A stretch of 63,516 nt of DNA, filler included, from Bipalium vagum (taxonomy: Eukaryota): NCBI GenBank assembly GCA_037834085.1. It is 3 parts of 3 records of this genome, joined end to end, with 100 filler letters (N's around TTAATTAATTAA, not from the genome) between each part and the next. Parts side by side here need not be neighbours in the genome. Positions count along the whole stretch, not along the records: positions 38,290 to 63,516 come from JBBMKC010195941.1; 2 more parts are not named here. One strand, 5' to 3'. Made by a program: the position numbers and the translations under genes. Every line of letters begins with the position of its first letter. Positions within the stretch are counted from its first letter, which is position 1. Below the pieces are notes generated by a model, which saw only the letters and a list, made by a program, of their open reading frames with translations, searched no databases and was not told where the DNA came from. Shown here in pieces: positions 38,190 through 51,605 of this stretch.

Positions 38190-38289
38190 NNNNNNNNNNN
38201 NNNNNNNNNNNNNNNNNNNNNNNNNNNNNNNNNTTAATTAATTAANNNNNNNNNNNNNNNNNNNNNNNNNNNNNNNNNNNNNNNNNNNN
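38190..38289. other. Assembly gap with artificial six-frame-stop linker
   Basis: 44 N + TTAATTAATTAA + 44 N. Confidence 0.97.
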
Positions 38290-38971
38290 AGATTTTCTAT
38301 AAGTTAATTTGATTATTATATTATAAAAATAACATAATACAGTAAATTATGGTAAATAATAATTATTAATACAATCTTTAATCATGTTATAGTAATACTA
38401 TTAAATTTCTGCTCAATTCAGGTTTCACAAAATATTATCGTATTTGATCTTAATACAAATGAATTGAATAATACAATACATTTCAAAGACCATTGTAATA
38501 GTAAATTAAAATTTTCTAATTCAATAATGTTACTTATTGTTTAATATTAAAAATTATTGATCCATATTCACCTTAGAGATCAACTTTTTAATAATATTTT
38601 TTTAATTTATAAGTTAAAATAATATTTTAATTAAAATAAATTATTTTAATTCAAATTTAAAAAAACATTTAGATAATTTTCGATGCAATCAAACAAAATA
38701 TTTTTATAAAATAAATATATTTTTAAAAAATATTTGAAATAAAAATAAAAATGTAAGAAAAATTACGTAAAAATTAAAAAAATTATGTATATTAAAAATA
38801 TAATAAATTTTTCAAAAATTCTAAAATAGTTCCTGTTTCCAGATCAAATTTAACTCGGCCAATTTTGAAAATAAAAAATGAAAAATTATTTTTTAATGTT
38901 TTTTTGTTTTAAATAAAAAATTAAAATTAAAATATATTTAAATTAATAAACAATTATTAAATTAAATTCAG

Positions 38972-40695
38972 ATAATTACTGGGATTACAAGCAAGAAGAA
39001 GTATTATGAGATTTCGTCAACAAACTTTATCATATTCGCGTTTTGGTGGTTTGCAAATGGAGTCTATTTCATAAGGTTCTATGGTAATTTGTGCAAGTTG
39101 TTGAAGGTATTTGCATCTCTTTATTTAATATTTGTATTAATATTTAACAGCGAACGTATAATATTTATATTGCAGAAAGTGAACCCATTTGAGATTTTTA
39201 TCATGACCAATTCAGCATTTCTAATGTTTACTCTCCTTCTCTCTTTAATTGTTAATTCCTGTCAAAGATTTTCCAGCAATTCCGAAAAAGTAATAGAAAC
39301 CTTTTCCTTAATTTAACTATATTTAAATAATTATTTTAAAATTTATAAACTAATAATAGTAGTAATAATAATCATGAGTCTTTGGTTATTTCTGATCCTA
39401 GGAGTCTTTTATAAAGATTTTGCAAAAATATAATTTTTATTATTTTAATATTATATTTTAATTTTAATATTAACAAAACAGTTTTATATATTCGTGAGAT
39501 TTTGTAATTCATGTGCTGTACATATGGTTAGATCATAAGAGTGTGTTGTGCCAGGAGTTCTGACAACCTGGTCAGACGATTACTACTTTCTGTTATCAAC
39601 AACAAATGATTAAGTTAAATGGCGCAGTGGACTGAAAGATATGGAAAAGTCATGCTTTTGCTTGATAACGCTCGACCTCATGTTTCAATACCGGTAATGA
39701 AAATGTTGTATGTTCTTCGCTTGGATGTCATACGAAGAAAGTTTCTACAACTTCAAGGTTTTCAAAAGGTTAGATTGATGGATGGATCGTGTCAAAATAA
39801 GAAAGGTTTTTGGCGGTATTTACAAATCCCCTTCATAAATTGGTCAAAGTTCTAGATAGTGATGGAATTTAATTAGAATCAAAACGTTTGTCTTTTTTAA
39901 ATGAACGTTTACGCACTCTTAAAACACCGTTATTTTTAACATGTACACCTAACCTATTGTTTTAATTAAATGTATCAAATTAATCAAAAAACGATTTTTT
40001 TAAAAACCTTTTTTCCTGAATAGAATGGAAATTTTGAAACTGAATCTTCAGTCTTATCTCAAATCACTTTCTCGTGGATGGATACGTAAATCGTTCTTAG
40101 TCCTAAAGAAATTATTATTAATATTATTTCAGGTTTATTTTCCAGTGGTTTAAAGACAAAATGACCAAAGAAACACTTTTCGATTTATCAACAGAATATG
40201 AAAGTGAGATAAATACAAGAAATGTTGAAAAGACTTTTAATCAGTACCTTGAAACCATGGAACAAGAACAAAAGTAATAAAAAGACATTTTTATTTCATT
40301 TATTTTATGTTGTGAAGATCATCAAATGAACATCGCTCCAAGAATTCCGGAATGATTTTGCTTAAATCTTTAATCAAGAACTATCTTCATTTATACATCA
40401 TTTTGAATGGTCTGAGATTGATTCGAGACATTATTATTATGACTTTGCCAATAATACTGAAGTATGTTTATGAATACCTTTTCCTGAGGGTTATTCCACT
40501 TTCATATTCACCAGATATCTGCTGAGATATTTTCAAAGAACAAAAAATCAGGAGACATGGGAAGGGGTCCTGTTTGCCTTTCTCTTTCTGTGGCTATGTG
40601 TCATTGCTTCAATTTTCCAGAACTATTCTGTTGTGATAGGAAATAAAATTGCCGTCAAGACACGAGGAGCGTTGATGGGAATGATTTATAAAAAG
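38972..40695 (+). CDS. ABCC/MRP-family ABC transporter, partial (end of TMD0, L0 linker, start of TMD1); exons 38972-39106, 39176-39289, 40024-40085, 40133-40273, 40318-40461, 40515-40695
   Basis: All introns are GT-AG and preserve phase; spliced product contains ETESSVLSQITFSWMD (L0 motif like ASFLSxITFxW), TLFDLS, LLKSLIKNY, TLPIILKYLLRYF, WEGVLFA and GNKIAVKTRGALMGMIYKK (ABCC TMD1 signature). Confidence 0.9.
39500..39955 (+). mobile_element. Mariner 3' remnant inside an ABCC intron
   Basis: RYGKVMLLLDNARPHV; TIR-like end ATGTACACCTAA. Confidence 0.75.
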
Positions 40696-40768
40696 GTTAA
40701 ACTTTTTTTTTCGAATTTAATATGATGTTTATAAATTATTTTTCTTGAAGAATACTAACGAGCTAGAA

Positions 40769-41081
40769 CAGCAGTTCTAAACCTTTTTTCCATGATGACC
40801 CCAAAGAAAATCAATATTACTGAAAAAGACTCAACTCATAATATTTAATAAATCCAATAAAACCAACCGATAATAATAAGATTATCAGATAATAACATAA
40901 CCTATAACATACTTAACTGTGGTAGTCAAGGAAATTTGAACAGATGTAGTTTAATCAGCGTCACAAACTATTTATTTAACATTATCATAAAACACGATTC
41001 TTTACATTTAATAATTTAAGCACTACCATAATTCTGCAACCTCTTTAAAAATGCTTGTCGACTCCGGGTTGAGAAACACTG
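40769..41081. mobile_element. hAT (Charlie/Buster-type) MITE, 313 bp
   Basis: Ends CAGCAGTTCTAAACC and GGTTGAGAAACACTG (degenerate CAGTGTTTCTCAACC TIR); 8-bp flanks AGCTAGAA / ATCTACAG resemble the NTCTAGAN target. Confidence 0.75.
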
Positions 41082-41159
41082 ATCTACAGTATGTTAATCA
41101 CAAATATTTTATTAAGCAATCATTAACGTTCTCCGTAACAGTTTAAGCGTTTATATTCA

Positions 41160-41195
<36 letters not shown>

Positions 41196-41316
41196 TAATA
41201 ATAATACTAATAATAAAAGTAAAACAAATATCAATTGTTACACTATTATTTACTATAAAAGTTATCGTAACACTTATTTCGCAAAGTTTACTGACCCCTT
41301 TACTTTTGTCAATACG

Positions 41317-42093
41317 TGTATGCAAGTGAATGAATCAAAACAACTACGAACAACACTTTATTACTAAAATAGCAAACGCAATGAATTAAATAATCAATAA
41401 AAATGTCTTCAATTAAATGTTCAATAGTCTATCACACTAAAATCAAATAACAATAATCAAATGAGTAATTAAATTAAATATCAATTAAATAATTAAATGT
41501 CACAAATTAAATGTTAATTAATTAAAAAAACAAAGAAAAAAAACAGTGAGGATACTCTCACCAGTTGTGACGACGACAGGTCCAAAGGGTGGTTTGCTGA
41601 GCCTAATCCGGTTCGCTCAGAAACCCCTAGCAGCACGGGACCCGTCTTGAGTTCCTGTCGCAGAGAGGACATAAGGAATAGTTACAAACTGCCAAATGAC
41701 AAAAACCTTCTGATGAATATCTCGAATATCTCGTAGCCTTTGGATGAATATCTCGAATATCTCGTAGTCGCTCACGAAAATTTCTCTTGGAGAATTTTAT
41801 GGCAATCCACTGCGGATTCCATATCCGTATATACTATTCTGGTCAGACGATCAATCAATCGTAGACCAGCTTTATCAATGGGAAATGTCAATTTCATTTT
41901 TAGCTCGTTAATTCTAAATCTGTCCCTCCTTGTGGACCTTGATCTAATCTTGGCAATTTAGGTTCGCCATTGTCAAGATTAGATCGTTTTTAGGAAATAA
42001 TTAATTTCCCCTTTTTTGTTTTAATTAATGTACTTTTTAATTAATTATTATTATTTTTATTATTATTATTATTTTATTTCTGACCCTTTTACG
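41317..42093 (-). mobile_element. Probable solo LTR (~780 bp)
   Basis: TGT...ACA termini, near-identical 4-bp flanks TACG/TATG, minus-strand TATATA near 41830 and AATAAA near 41360, internal direct repeats and GC-rich structured segment; no ORF. Confidence 0.5.
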
Positions 42094-43586
42094 GTCTCTA
42101 ACATATGCTTTTACAAAGGTTTACACGAATGTGTCCTTGGCTAACCCAACACAATGTAAAGCAACTTCTGTCCTTTCAAATCATATATAAATTGATACGT
42201 TCAAACAAATATGTTTTCAGAAAACCTATTGTCAAGTTTGAATATATAAAAAACTCAATTATTTTCTTACCAACTTAATATTTAACTGAAACACAAAAAA
42301 ACATTTAGGTAAAATAGAGGTTTTCCGGCTAATTATTTAAATTCTTTTATTTGTCAGTAATTTAGAATAAATTTGTTGTTATTAATTGTTATATAATATA
42401 TGATATTATCTTTTTTTACTGGTTCAATAATACTTGTGTATTAAAAGTAAATTTACTTTTCTTTTACATAATGTATTACTACAAATTAAACATTTTGTCT
42501 ATGGTAAATAATAAGCTAACATGAAACGTTTCTTTGGCAATTCGTCTTTAATTCAATGTTTTGTTTCGGTCTGAGTTTTAAATTTTTCCCGTCAAGATTT
42601 TTGATATTGTTTCATATCATTTACACTTAATACCTATCCTGTCTGTCAGACTGATGGAATCTTTGGACTAATGAACGTACCATAATCCATCATTTCAAAG
42701 AATGATTACCTGATTGAAGTGAGAGGTTTATTTCGTTCCAGAAGAACAAATCCACAATTATTGACAAGGACTAATTAAAGACTCATTTACCACACAGCTG
42801 TATTCCAAACCAAAAGTAACAATTACATCAATAATGCTTTTCTTTCATCATAAAAGTACCATTACACAAACTATAATAGAATAAGAAAACAATTTTTTGA
42901 TGTTGAGCTTTCCTTAAATAAAAAAATTAGAAAATATTTTAACTATCAAGACCAAACAGATTTTATATTTAATTAATAATAATTAATTATAAATTATAAT
43001 TATAATTTATATAATAAAAATATTAAAATTTAGAATATTATTTAAAAATGTAAAGAAAATAAATATAGTTCACTTTTATAAAGTAAAAAAGGGAAGACCG
43101 TATTTATTGTAAGAGTTAACGGTTTATCTTTCCATCCATTTATCATAGTTTCACAATTATGAACGATATTATTTGGATAAATAAAAGAAAATAAATCATA
43201 AATTAAATAAAATTTTAAAAGCCCATTGAAAATGCGTAGCGTATTCTCTTTTTTATTTTATTTAATTGAAAGACAATAATAATTAAAATTTATTTTATTG
43301 GAAATATTTTTGAGTACCGTATTATGAGGGACCACGTATTATATTCCTCGACTCTTGACAGTCAGAGTAGGAGGTACGGAAAAATCAAAATACTTAAGAT
43401 GGTGGATATACTTCTTCTTTTCAGTATCAGCTTGAAGACACGTGGACCAAAGTGGGAGACAATGGAATTTTTATATGGGCGAGTTTCTATCTTTACTGTT
43501 AGAATCAATAGTACCACCATAACCAAAATTTGTAAATTACCAACGATAAATATGGGAGATATATGGTTAATAGAAAAATCAATATA

Positions 43587-44640
43587 TTAGGTTGGAAACA
43601 AAGTTCTCGCATTATTTTTATTATAAATGATTTCATTGAAAATATAACAAAAATACAATAAAAAAATTCATCAAAAGTCCCATATCAGTCAATAATGTAG
43701 TCACCGTTGTTCTCCAATAGTTCCTTCCAACGACGGGGTAGATCATGAATGCCTTTCTTGTAAAATTCCATTGGTTTGCTAGTAAAGAAATTTCCAACTG
43801 CAGTTTCCAATTCTTTATCAGTCTGTTTTTCAGAAGGTTCTGCAGCCCCCGGAATAAATGATAATCTGAGAGCGCTAGGTCGGGTGAGGCAAAACTTCCC
43901 ATTTCAACTGCAAAAGTTTTTGATGGGTGAGATTTTAAACGTGTGGTCGGGCGTTATCATGAAGAAAGATTACTTGATTCGATCCTGCCCGACATTTTGC
44001 AAAGGCATCTGCTACTCGTTAATCTGAGTTAATGGTCTGATTACGTTCCAACATTTCCCAATAAATAACGCCTTTTACATCCCACCACACACATACCATG
44101 AGCTTTTTTTGGTGCATTTCAGCCTTTGGCTGAAGTTGCGCAGTTGCTCCTTTGTCTGTCCAGCTTCTTTTGTGTGTGATATTAGAGAACAGACACCATT
44201 TTTCATCTGAAGTAAGTAAGTTATTCAGCCAATCAGTCCGACGTTTTCTTGACATTAATGTTAAGCTGGCATCCACACGGCGTTGCCGGTCAAAATCAGT
44301 AAGTTTGTGGGAGACCCAAACGTCTAGTTTATTAACTTTCCCAATTTCCTTCAAATGGTGTAAAATGGCTGTGTGACTGACGTCAAACTTCTTAGCTAGC
44401 TCTCGTGATGTCAAATGTGCATCAGCTTCCACACATGAGCGCAAGAAGTTATTGTCGATAATGGGGGTCGACCACTCCTTGCATTATCTTGGTTGTCAAT
44501 ATTACCACTCTTGAACTTTTTGAACCAATCAAAGGCTGTACGACGACCAATTGTATCTTCTCCAAATGCTTCGTTGATACGACGATGCGACTGGCTTGCA
44601 ATTATACCAGATTTGAAATTTGAAGACTCTTTGATTTTGT
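43587..44640 (-). mobile_element. Mariner (DD34D) element, best-preserved copy in the window, 5'-truncated and frameshifted
   Basis: TIR TA|TTAGGTTGGAAACAAAGTTCTCGC; WVSHKL, LLTSDEKW, KKLMVCVWWDVKGVIYWEML, HDNARPH, SPDLALSDYHLFRGL. Confidence 0.95.
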
Positions 44641-45124
44641 AAAGAGTAAAAACTTTAAAAAATTTAGACGGGTTTCGCCATAATATTTACTCACTTTAAA
44701 TAAAATAACCTCCGTTACTTCACATAAACATTTTACTTAGTCTTAGTTTTTCTTAATTATATTTCCTTATTTTATTAACAAATTTGAAATTAATATTCTT
44801 ACACAAAATTTTATAAATGTCATTGCCATGGTTATTAAATGAAAATTAGTGACATACTGACTGGTTGACAAATTTTAGGACTGATAAGTAAATAGGAAAA
44901 TTCCATATTAAATTTATGCACTATTTTTAAATGATCATCTCATTCGTCAATATTTAAATTTAGAAACTGGTCTATCACACTTTCTTGTGACAGCTTTTGC
45001 TATATGATGCGTGTTTGGCGTTATTTAAAGATGGGAAAATTTAGATGTAAATAATTATTTGTATAAAATGTTTAAGTGGTAAACAATTTTTTCATCACAC
45101 GATGGATGTTAAAAGAGATGATCT

Positions 45125-45530
45125 ATAGAGTCATCCGAAAATTCCTGTAGATTTTAACCAAGAAAATCTGAGAAAAAATCAAATTAATTATTATTATTAA
45201 CTAATTACTTTTAATTTTCTTGAATTATTCTTCTTCATCGATCTGGTACTTGAAAGAACCTTCTCTGATAGAAATCCGTAGGCTTAGTGAAGAAGAAATC
45301 ATTAAGTGTTTCTTGATGACCTTCAACAAATCAAATTTACTAATGGTTAATGAGTTTTGGAGGGATAAGAATAAATGGAAATTCAGAGGGTCTAGATCAA
45401 ATGAGTTTGGAAGAGCCATAAGAATTTTCTGGTTTTCAATCATTGAAACGTGCAGTCTGATATCATTATAAAGCAAGGTAACACCCTTCAGTTTTGTGCC
45501 TTAATTTCTGAGTGAGTCTGGCAAGTTACC
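45125..45530 (-). mobile_element. Mariner C-terminal remnant
   Basis: LYNDIRLH, SFDLDPLNFHLFLSLQNSL. Confidence 0.7.
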
Positions 45531-45569
45531 AATAAAACCTTGATATCTTCCATAAATGGCCAACGATTT

Positions 45570-46120
45570 CTCACCAATACAGTTACTGTGGATGAAACTG
45601 TCCTGAATTTTTATATACCCTCAACTAAAATCGAATCATCGGGATAGTGTTTCCCTGATGATTTCTTGACAAGAAAGTTGCGCTCAAGAGTATCATGTTG
45701 ACAGTTTTTTGGGATAATCTAGGAATAATCAAGTTGAAGTTCGCAGAAAAAGGACTTAAGTAATGCTTTTTATTGCTGTCTTATAAAACTGACTTCCCAG
45801 CTTTGGAGGAAGTCACGGTAGTCACTATTGCGGATGCTACAGGACAATGCCCAATCCACAATAGCGCAATCAACTACAGGCAAACTACAATCCTGATTTG
45901 GGTTCCAGGGATTTTTGGATGTTCCAACACTGAAAAAAGGCTTTGTGCGGTAAAAGGCTTTGTGAGTCTTTACAAGATTTAAAGTGGAGGTCGAGAATTT
46001 CTTGAAGCAACAAACTCAAAAATGGCGTGTTGAGAATGAAGGTTCTTATATCAAGAAATAAATCTACCTATGTATAAATTGTGTTTAAAAATACACTTCC
46101 TTGGTCTTGTCTTTCATATC
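45570..46120 (+). mobile_element. Mariner remnant
   Basis: IVTVDET, TVFWDNLGII, LQDNAQSTI and SPDL-like decayed motifs. Confidence 0.65.
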
Positions 46121-46189
46121 TAGTTCGGATACTGATCTCATTCACCATACATGTATATTAGTGAAACTTTGATTTTTCATTAAGAATTG

Positions 46190-46692
46190 TTTTCAATAAG
46201 ACCCAAAATAATCACATCACTCAAAAATTATTCGGATTTTTTTAGATGCGAAAGGAATTTTGTTCTTCGATCATCTTTACAAGATGATAACATTGGAATT
46301 TATTATTAAACTCTGTTATATCAACTGTTAAAAGTCCTTGATTAGAATATAAAAAATACTTTTCCCATGGATTATGTAGTGGCTCTAAAAGATATTCTTA
46401 GCATGAAAAAATTGATGAACTTACATTACATGTTATTGGAAATTCCTCCATATTATCCAGCATCATCAGATTTCCATCTGTTCCAAAACCTCAAAAATTG
46501 CTTCTTAGAAAGTCTATTTCAACAAATTGAACTAAAGGGGTACTTGGAAAGTCTTCCAATAAATCAATTTACCAATGAGATTTTCAACTTGGAACAAGTG
46601 TATTGATCATAATGAATGTTATACTGAATAATAAAATTATTTTTAAATTTCAAACGATTTTACTTTGTCAAGCTAAAAAATGTCAAACTATC
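46190..46692 (+). mobile_element. Mariner remnant
   Basis: FLDAKGILFFDHL, EIPPYYPASSDFHLFQNLK. Confidence 0.7.
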
Positions 46693-46746
46693 CTAGTTTA
46701 ATTTTTTAAATAAGCAAAAATCATAAAAAAAGCTTTGGTTATAACC

Positions 46747-46893
46747 NNNNNNNNNNNNNNNNNNNNNNNNNNNNNNNNNNNNNNNNNNNNNNNNNNNNNN
46801 NNNNNNNNNNNNNNNNNNNNNNNNNNNNNNNNNNNNNNNNNNNNNNNNNNNNNNNNNNNNNNNNNNNNNNNNNNNNNNNNNNNNNNNNNNNNN
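46747..46893. other. Assembly gap
   Basis: Run of N. Confidence 0.98.
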
Positions 46894-47379
46894 GTGCATT
46901 TCAAATATTTAAAATATGAATAAATATTTATTTGATTGTTTAAATATACTGGCATCAGAAATCAAAAATATCTGGTTCAATTGTCCTGTTAAATTCGATT
47001 TTCTGGTGAATTAAGCAGAGAATCGTTGAATATAGATATATAGGAAATGTGTTGAAATATTTGAGATCCAGAATATCAGGAAGATAATCCTTAAAAATAT
47101 ATGAAAAAGTTGAATGACGATTAAATGAAACGTATATCTTAATAAAGTATATAGATGAAAAAGTTAAATTTTTTCCCCATATTTCTTTGGATATTTTATT
47201 AATTATCGATATTATTATTATTATTATTGTTATTATTATTATTTTTTTTAATTTTATAACATATTTATTTATTTATTTTGTAAAGTATTTATTTTCGAAT
47301 TTAGCTACTTATTGCATGGGATATACATGGTACAATACAATGAAAGAAATAGTAAAATTCTACGAATCAATTATACACA

Positions 47380-47900
47380 CATAATATTTTGTTATTTTTA
47401 CAAATATATTAATTCTTATCAAAGCTCTTTAATAATATAGAGAAAGTTTAATATGATCTGTCCTGTGTTTCTTGCTCAAGTTTTATTTAACATTATTCAA
47501 AAATGCTTCCATGTTCTGCTTATCAAAATTTTTCCATGTGTTGAAAAAACCAATTTGCGTGTTTTGGGTGTTGAGGGCAAGACGTCACTTCCACAATACT
47601 GATATGGTTGTGATTGAACTTTTAGTTGCTGGAGTCGGCTAAGAATTTCTTCAAAATATTATGTGTGTTGATGATCATCCTGGTTACACATTTTCCATAA
47701 TTTTTGGATTTCTGATCTTTTAACTAAGGGTTCTGAGGTCACAAAACCATGTGCTACCGAGTTTGGGTTTGGTGTCATCAAGTAGAATCTGATATTTTAC
47801 TTGTTCTCCTTGTTTTTACCTCTGACAAAAACCTCTGATTCAAAGGATCTTTTGACACCAATAATTATATTTTTTAGTGTATTGTTGTCATTCGTATGTG
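47380..47900 (-). mobile_element. Heavily decayed Tc1-like remnant
   Basis: Minus-strand traces of Tc1 C-terminal motifs (HGFVTSEPLVK; QDDHQHT-like; LWK); weak. Confidence 0.4.
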
Positions 47901-48229
47901 AGAATTAAGGTTTTGATCTGAAATTTTATTTTTTCTTTCGACATGTATTTTCCATTCCTCAAATAAAATAAAATAAATAATATTTGAATATTACTTTCAA
48001 AAACCACTTTTCTTATAAAAAAGAAATCATACAATAATTGTTTGTTCAACATAGACTTCTGAAAAATTTTGTGGAATACTCGTGCAGTACTTCGATGTCA
48101 AATTTTTTGATTGTCAGTCATGAAAAGAGGGATATGATTTAAAGTATGATTACACAAAATTTCTCATGCTCTAACACAAATAGTTACATTTAATGTTAAT
48201 ATATTTTATCTATGGTTACTAGGAGGATC

Positions 48230-49270
48230 AGCCGAAATTCATTCAAAAATCCACCTTGTATTCCAGATTTGGTAGCATGTGATGTTTTTCAATTTCCTCC
48301 TGTCTAAAATAAATTGAGTGGTATGCGGTATTTATATTTTGAAGGTTATACGTATCAGGTCTTAAGTTAAATTTTTGAGATTATCTGACTTTTATTTTAA
48401 TAACTTTATCATGGATTGCTTACAAGAGAATAAAACGATGTATGAATTAGGACGTTGAATATTTTGAGAAACAATGATGTCATTTATTTATATAATTTTT
48501 ATCTTGTTATTCCCAAATTCTTTCGAAACTCTATCGTAAATAGTCCCATCATTATTCTTTCCATCTAAAATCACCAATGATATATTATCAATTCAACAAG
48601 AATATTTGTTTTAAACTGTGATTTAAAATTCAAATAATTTAAAATATTATCCAACTCTTCAAATAACGTTTAATTTCTCATATTTTTCCTTTGAATGAAA
48701 AATTATTCAAAGCAGCTGTCTGAGAGGCTAAATGTATGCAAAAGAAATCGAATATAATTTTTATCGAATAATAATAACTTTAGACGAGACTTCATTGAGT
48801 TTCTATCTTTCGTAATCTAAAAGAGAGGCAAATGAATTTGTTTTCGAAAACAAAAAGTCATCCAAGTTCTTGCAACTCGGAATTCTGCATCGTAAATGTG
48901 TCATGTCTTTTGGGTTAAAATGGCATCTTGAATTTTCCATTTTACTAAAGAAAGAGAAGATTTTACTTGAGCCCCGAAGCATCTGACGCAAGCCAGACAA
49001 CAAAGATTATTCTTTTCTCAATGATAACAATTCTATTCACACATTCAAGAAAACACAAGACATATTGACATAGGCTGAGTCCAAAGAGAAATTTTTGGTT
49101 TTTCAGTCATGTGAGAACGTAAATTTGTTTCAAAAAGTTATATGAAGGATAATGTGAAGAAATTCCTCATGAGAAGGATGAACATTTCTTCAAAATAGGC
49201 TCCAATGGAATGATCGATCGGTGGACAAAAAGCGTCAATGTTTACTGCGGTTATGTCGAGAAATGAGATC
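48230..49270 (+). mobile_element. Two adjacent mariner 3' remnants (about 48230-48540 and 48820-49270)
   Basis: PPCIPDLVACDVFQFP; IILFLNDNNSIHT; FFKIGSNGMIDRWTKSVNVYCGYVEK. Confidence 0.7.
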
Positions 49271-50399
49271 TATTAATGTGTAAATATTTTTAAAATGGTT
49301 TTGCTGAGCTGCCTTCATTATTTGTGGTAAAGTGAAAGTACTTTTTAGCCTTACCACGCATAATATTAATTTTTAATGCAAAATTTGCTAATCTTACGAT
49401 TTTTGAAATTTTGATATCAGATTTACTTAGAATAATACATTAATAATATTGTACTTTATTTTATTCTGAATAATTTCAAAAATAATAAATATTATTAATA
49501 TTAATATTATTATTTTTGCATAATTTCTTCCATTTTGTAAATCTTACTAAGAGAGCTTGTATTATTGAATTTGAGTTAAAAGAAATTTTAATCATAAAAA
49601 AGCAATAACTGTAAAAATAAAAAGGAAATCAGACTAATCAACGTTTATTTGAAATTAAAAAAGATGAATTGTTTTAATGTTACAATAATTTATTTTCAAA
49701 TCAACAAAAAATGCCAGTTTCAATATGTATATAATTTTTTGATATTTCTTTAAATAAAATAGAAGCAAGATTTATCCGTAATGGAATTAATAAAATCAAA
49801 TTAAAATTAATTAAATATAATTAAAATTGTTCATGAAATATATAATTTTAATTTTCTAACAAAAAAATTAGAATAAATACGAAAAATTTATTTATTTATA
49901 TTAAATTTTGATTAAAATTATAACTTAATTAAACAAAAATAGTTTTGTGTTTGACAGTACTTGATATGAAATACGGTTTCTGTTTTCAATGTTTTTCTTT
50001 TTACTTATATTATATTTTTATTAATAATAATATGGTAAATTCTTATTATAATATAAAATATAAAAAAATATAATAAAAATTAAATTGTTTATCATTATTA
50101 TCATTTATTATTAGATTTATGCATTGAGAGTGAGCTTTTCTTTACAGTATTGTTTCTTATTTTAATAAGTAATGTTATTTTCAATTGGTTTGTAGTCAGA
50201 ATTAGAAGACATTTTTTGAATATATTTATTAAGTTATATAACAAATAATATTTAAACAAGTTTTCTCAGACCTGGAAATCTCTTTTTTTATTAAATTTTA
50301 AAAATAATTTTATTTTTAAAATTTCATTCCTACTTTTTAAATATTTTAAAATAATTAAAGTAATTAAAGAATTCCACAGGTCTGATTAGCCTCCTCACA

Positions 50400-51605
50400 A
50401 GTAATATAAATAATAAGTAAACATAAAACGAAAAAGATAATTTATTCAAAATATTTTCCATCGTTAATAATAACTTTCTCTTATTTTTCAAGAATCTGAT
50501 GAACTCCTCAATCAAAGAAATCTTCAACTTTGGTACCTGTCAAACCAGTAATCCAGTTTTCAACTTCATCAAAGGATTGGAAGCACTTCTCGGAAAGTGT
50601 AAATGCCATCGACCGAAACAGATGGTAGTCAGAAGAGGCGCAGCCTGGTAAACAAGACGCATAGAGTAGCACTCTCCATCGATGTAACTCGAACGTTTTC
50701 CGGATTCATTTGTTAACGTGTGACCGACTTTGTCATGCAGCAAAATTAATTCATGTTGCCTTTTATCATATTCTGATCATTTTTCGCGCAATGCCTGACT
50801 CAGAAGTAATAATTGTTCTCGGTACAACTGCCTTAAACTGTTTCATATTTTTTTAGCAATTCATGATGGATCACACCATCTTGGTTCTATCAGATGCTTA
50901 GGAGAGCCTTTTTCTCATTGACGTATCTCTTTGATGTTGCTTTGGAGGGCTATCTGGGATCGTAAACTGTTTTTCTGCGTTAATCGTTTTCGAAAGAAAT
51001 CCACTTTTATGACCCGTAATAATTCGGTGCAGGAAACTTTTCCTTTTCTCTAGAAAAAACAAAATTTCACTTGTGACTTTACGTCTTTCCTTTTTTTTTG
51101 AGGTCGTGTGGCATCCATCTTCCTACTTTATATACCTTTCCAATGATTTTGCAAGATCAGTTTGAGTTTGGCACGGATCTTCTGTCACCAATATTTCCAG
51201 GTCTTGATCTTCAAACACTTTCGTGTGTCCTGAGTGGTCTTTATCTTCTACTACAAATTAGCCTTTTCAGAAACTTGGAAATCTTTTGCAAGCGGTTTTT
51301 GATAGAACATTGTCCCCATAAGCTCCAACAAGGATTAAGTGAGCTTCTGTTAAATATTTTATACCAAATTGAAGTAACATCACTTCGCACAAATTTTGCT
51401 TATTTTGCATAAAACCCGCCATCTAAAAAAGGATAAAAATAAGATATAGTTAAAGATATCAGGATATGATTTTAGTATTTTAGTTTTTTTGAAAAATAAA
51501 TAAACAATATATATATATATATTCAAATAGTTTGTTTAAACAAATAAATAGATTTCTTTATTACAGCTATTTAAAAAAGGCTCACTTTCAATGCATACAC
51601 CTAAA
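50400..51605 (-). mobile_element. Decayed mariner element
   Basis: IGKVYKVGRWMPHDL, RIITGHKSGF, LILLHDKV, SDYHLFRSMA; end ATGCATACACCTAA near 51603. Confidence 0.85.

Noticed and set aside
41712-41767. CRISPR-like repeat-spacer-repeat
   Set aside because: Only two repeats, 7-bp spacer, eukaryotic context, no cas genes
43324-43590. 88-aa ORF and possible 25-nt micro-intron
   Set aside because: No homology recognised; the proposed intron is far shorter than the 44-69 nt introns seen in the ABCC gene and the model ends in a stop
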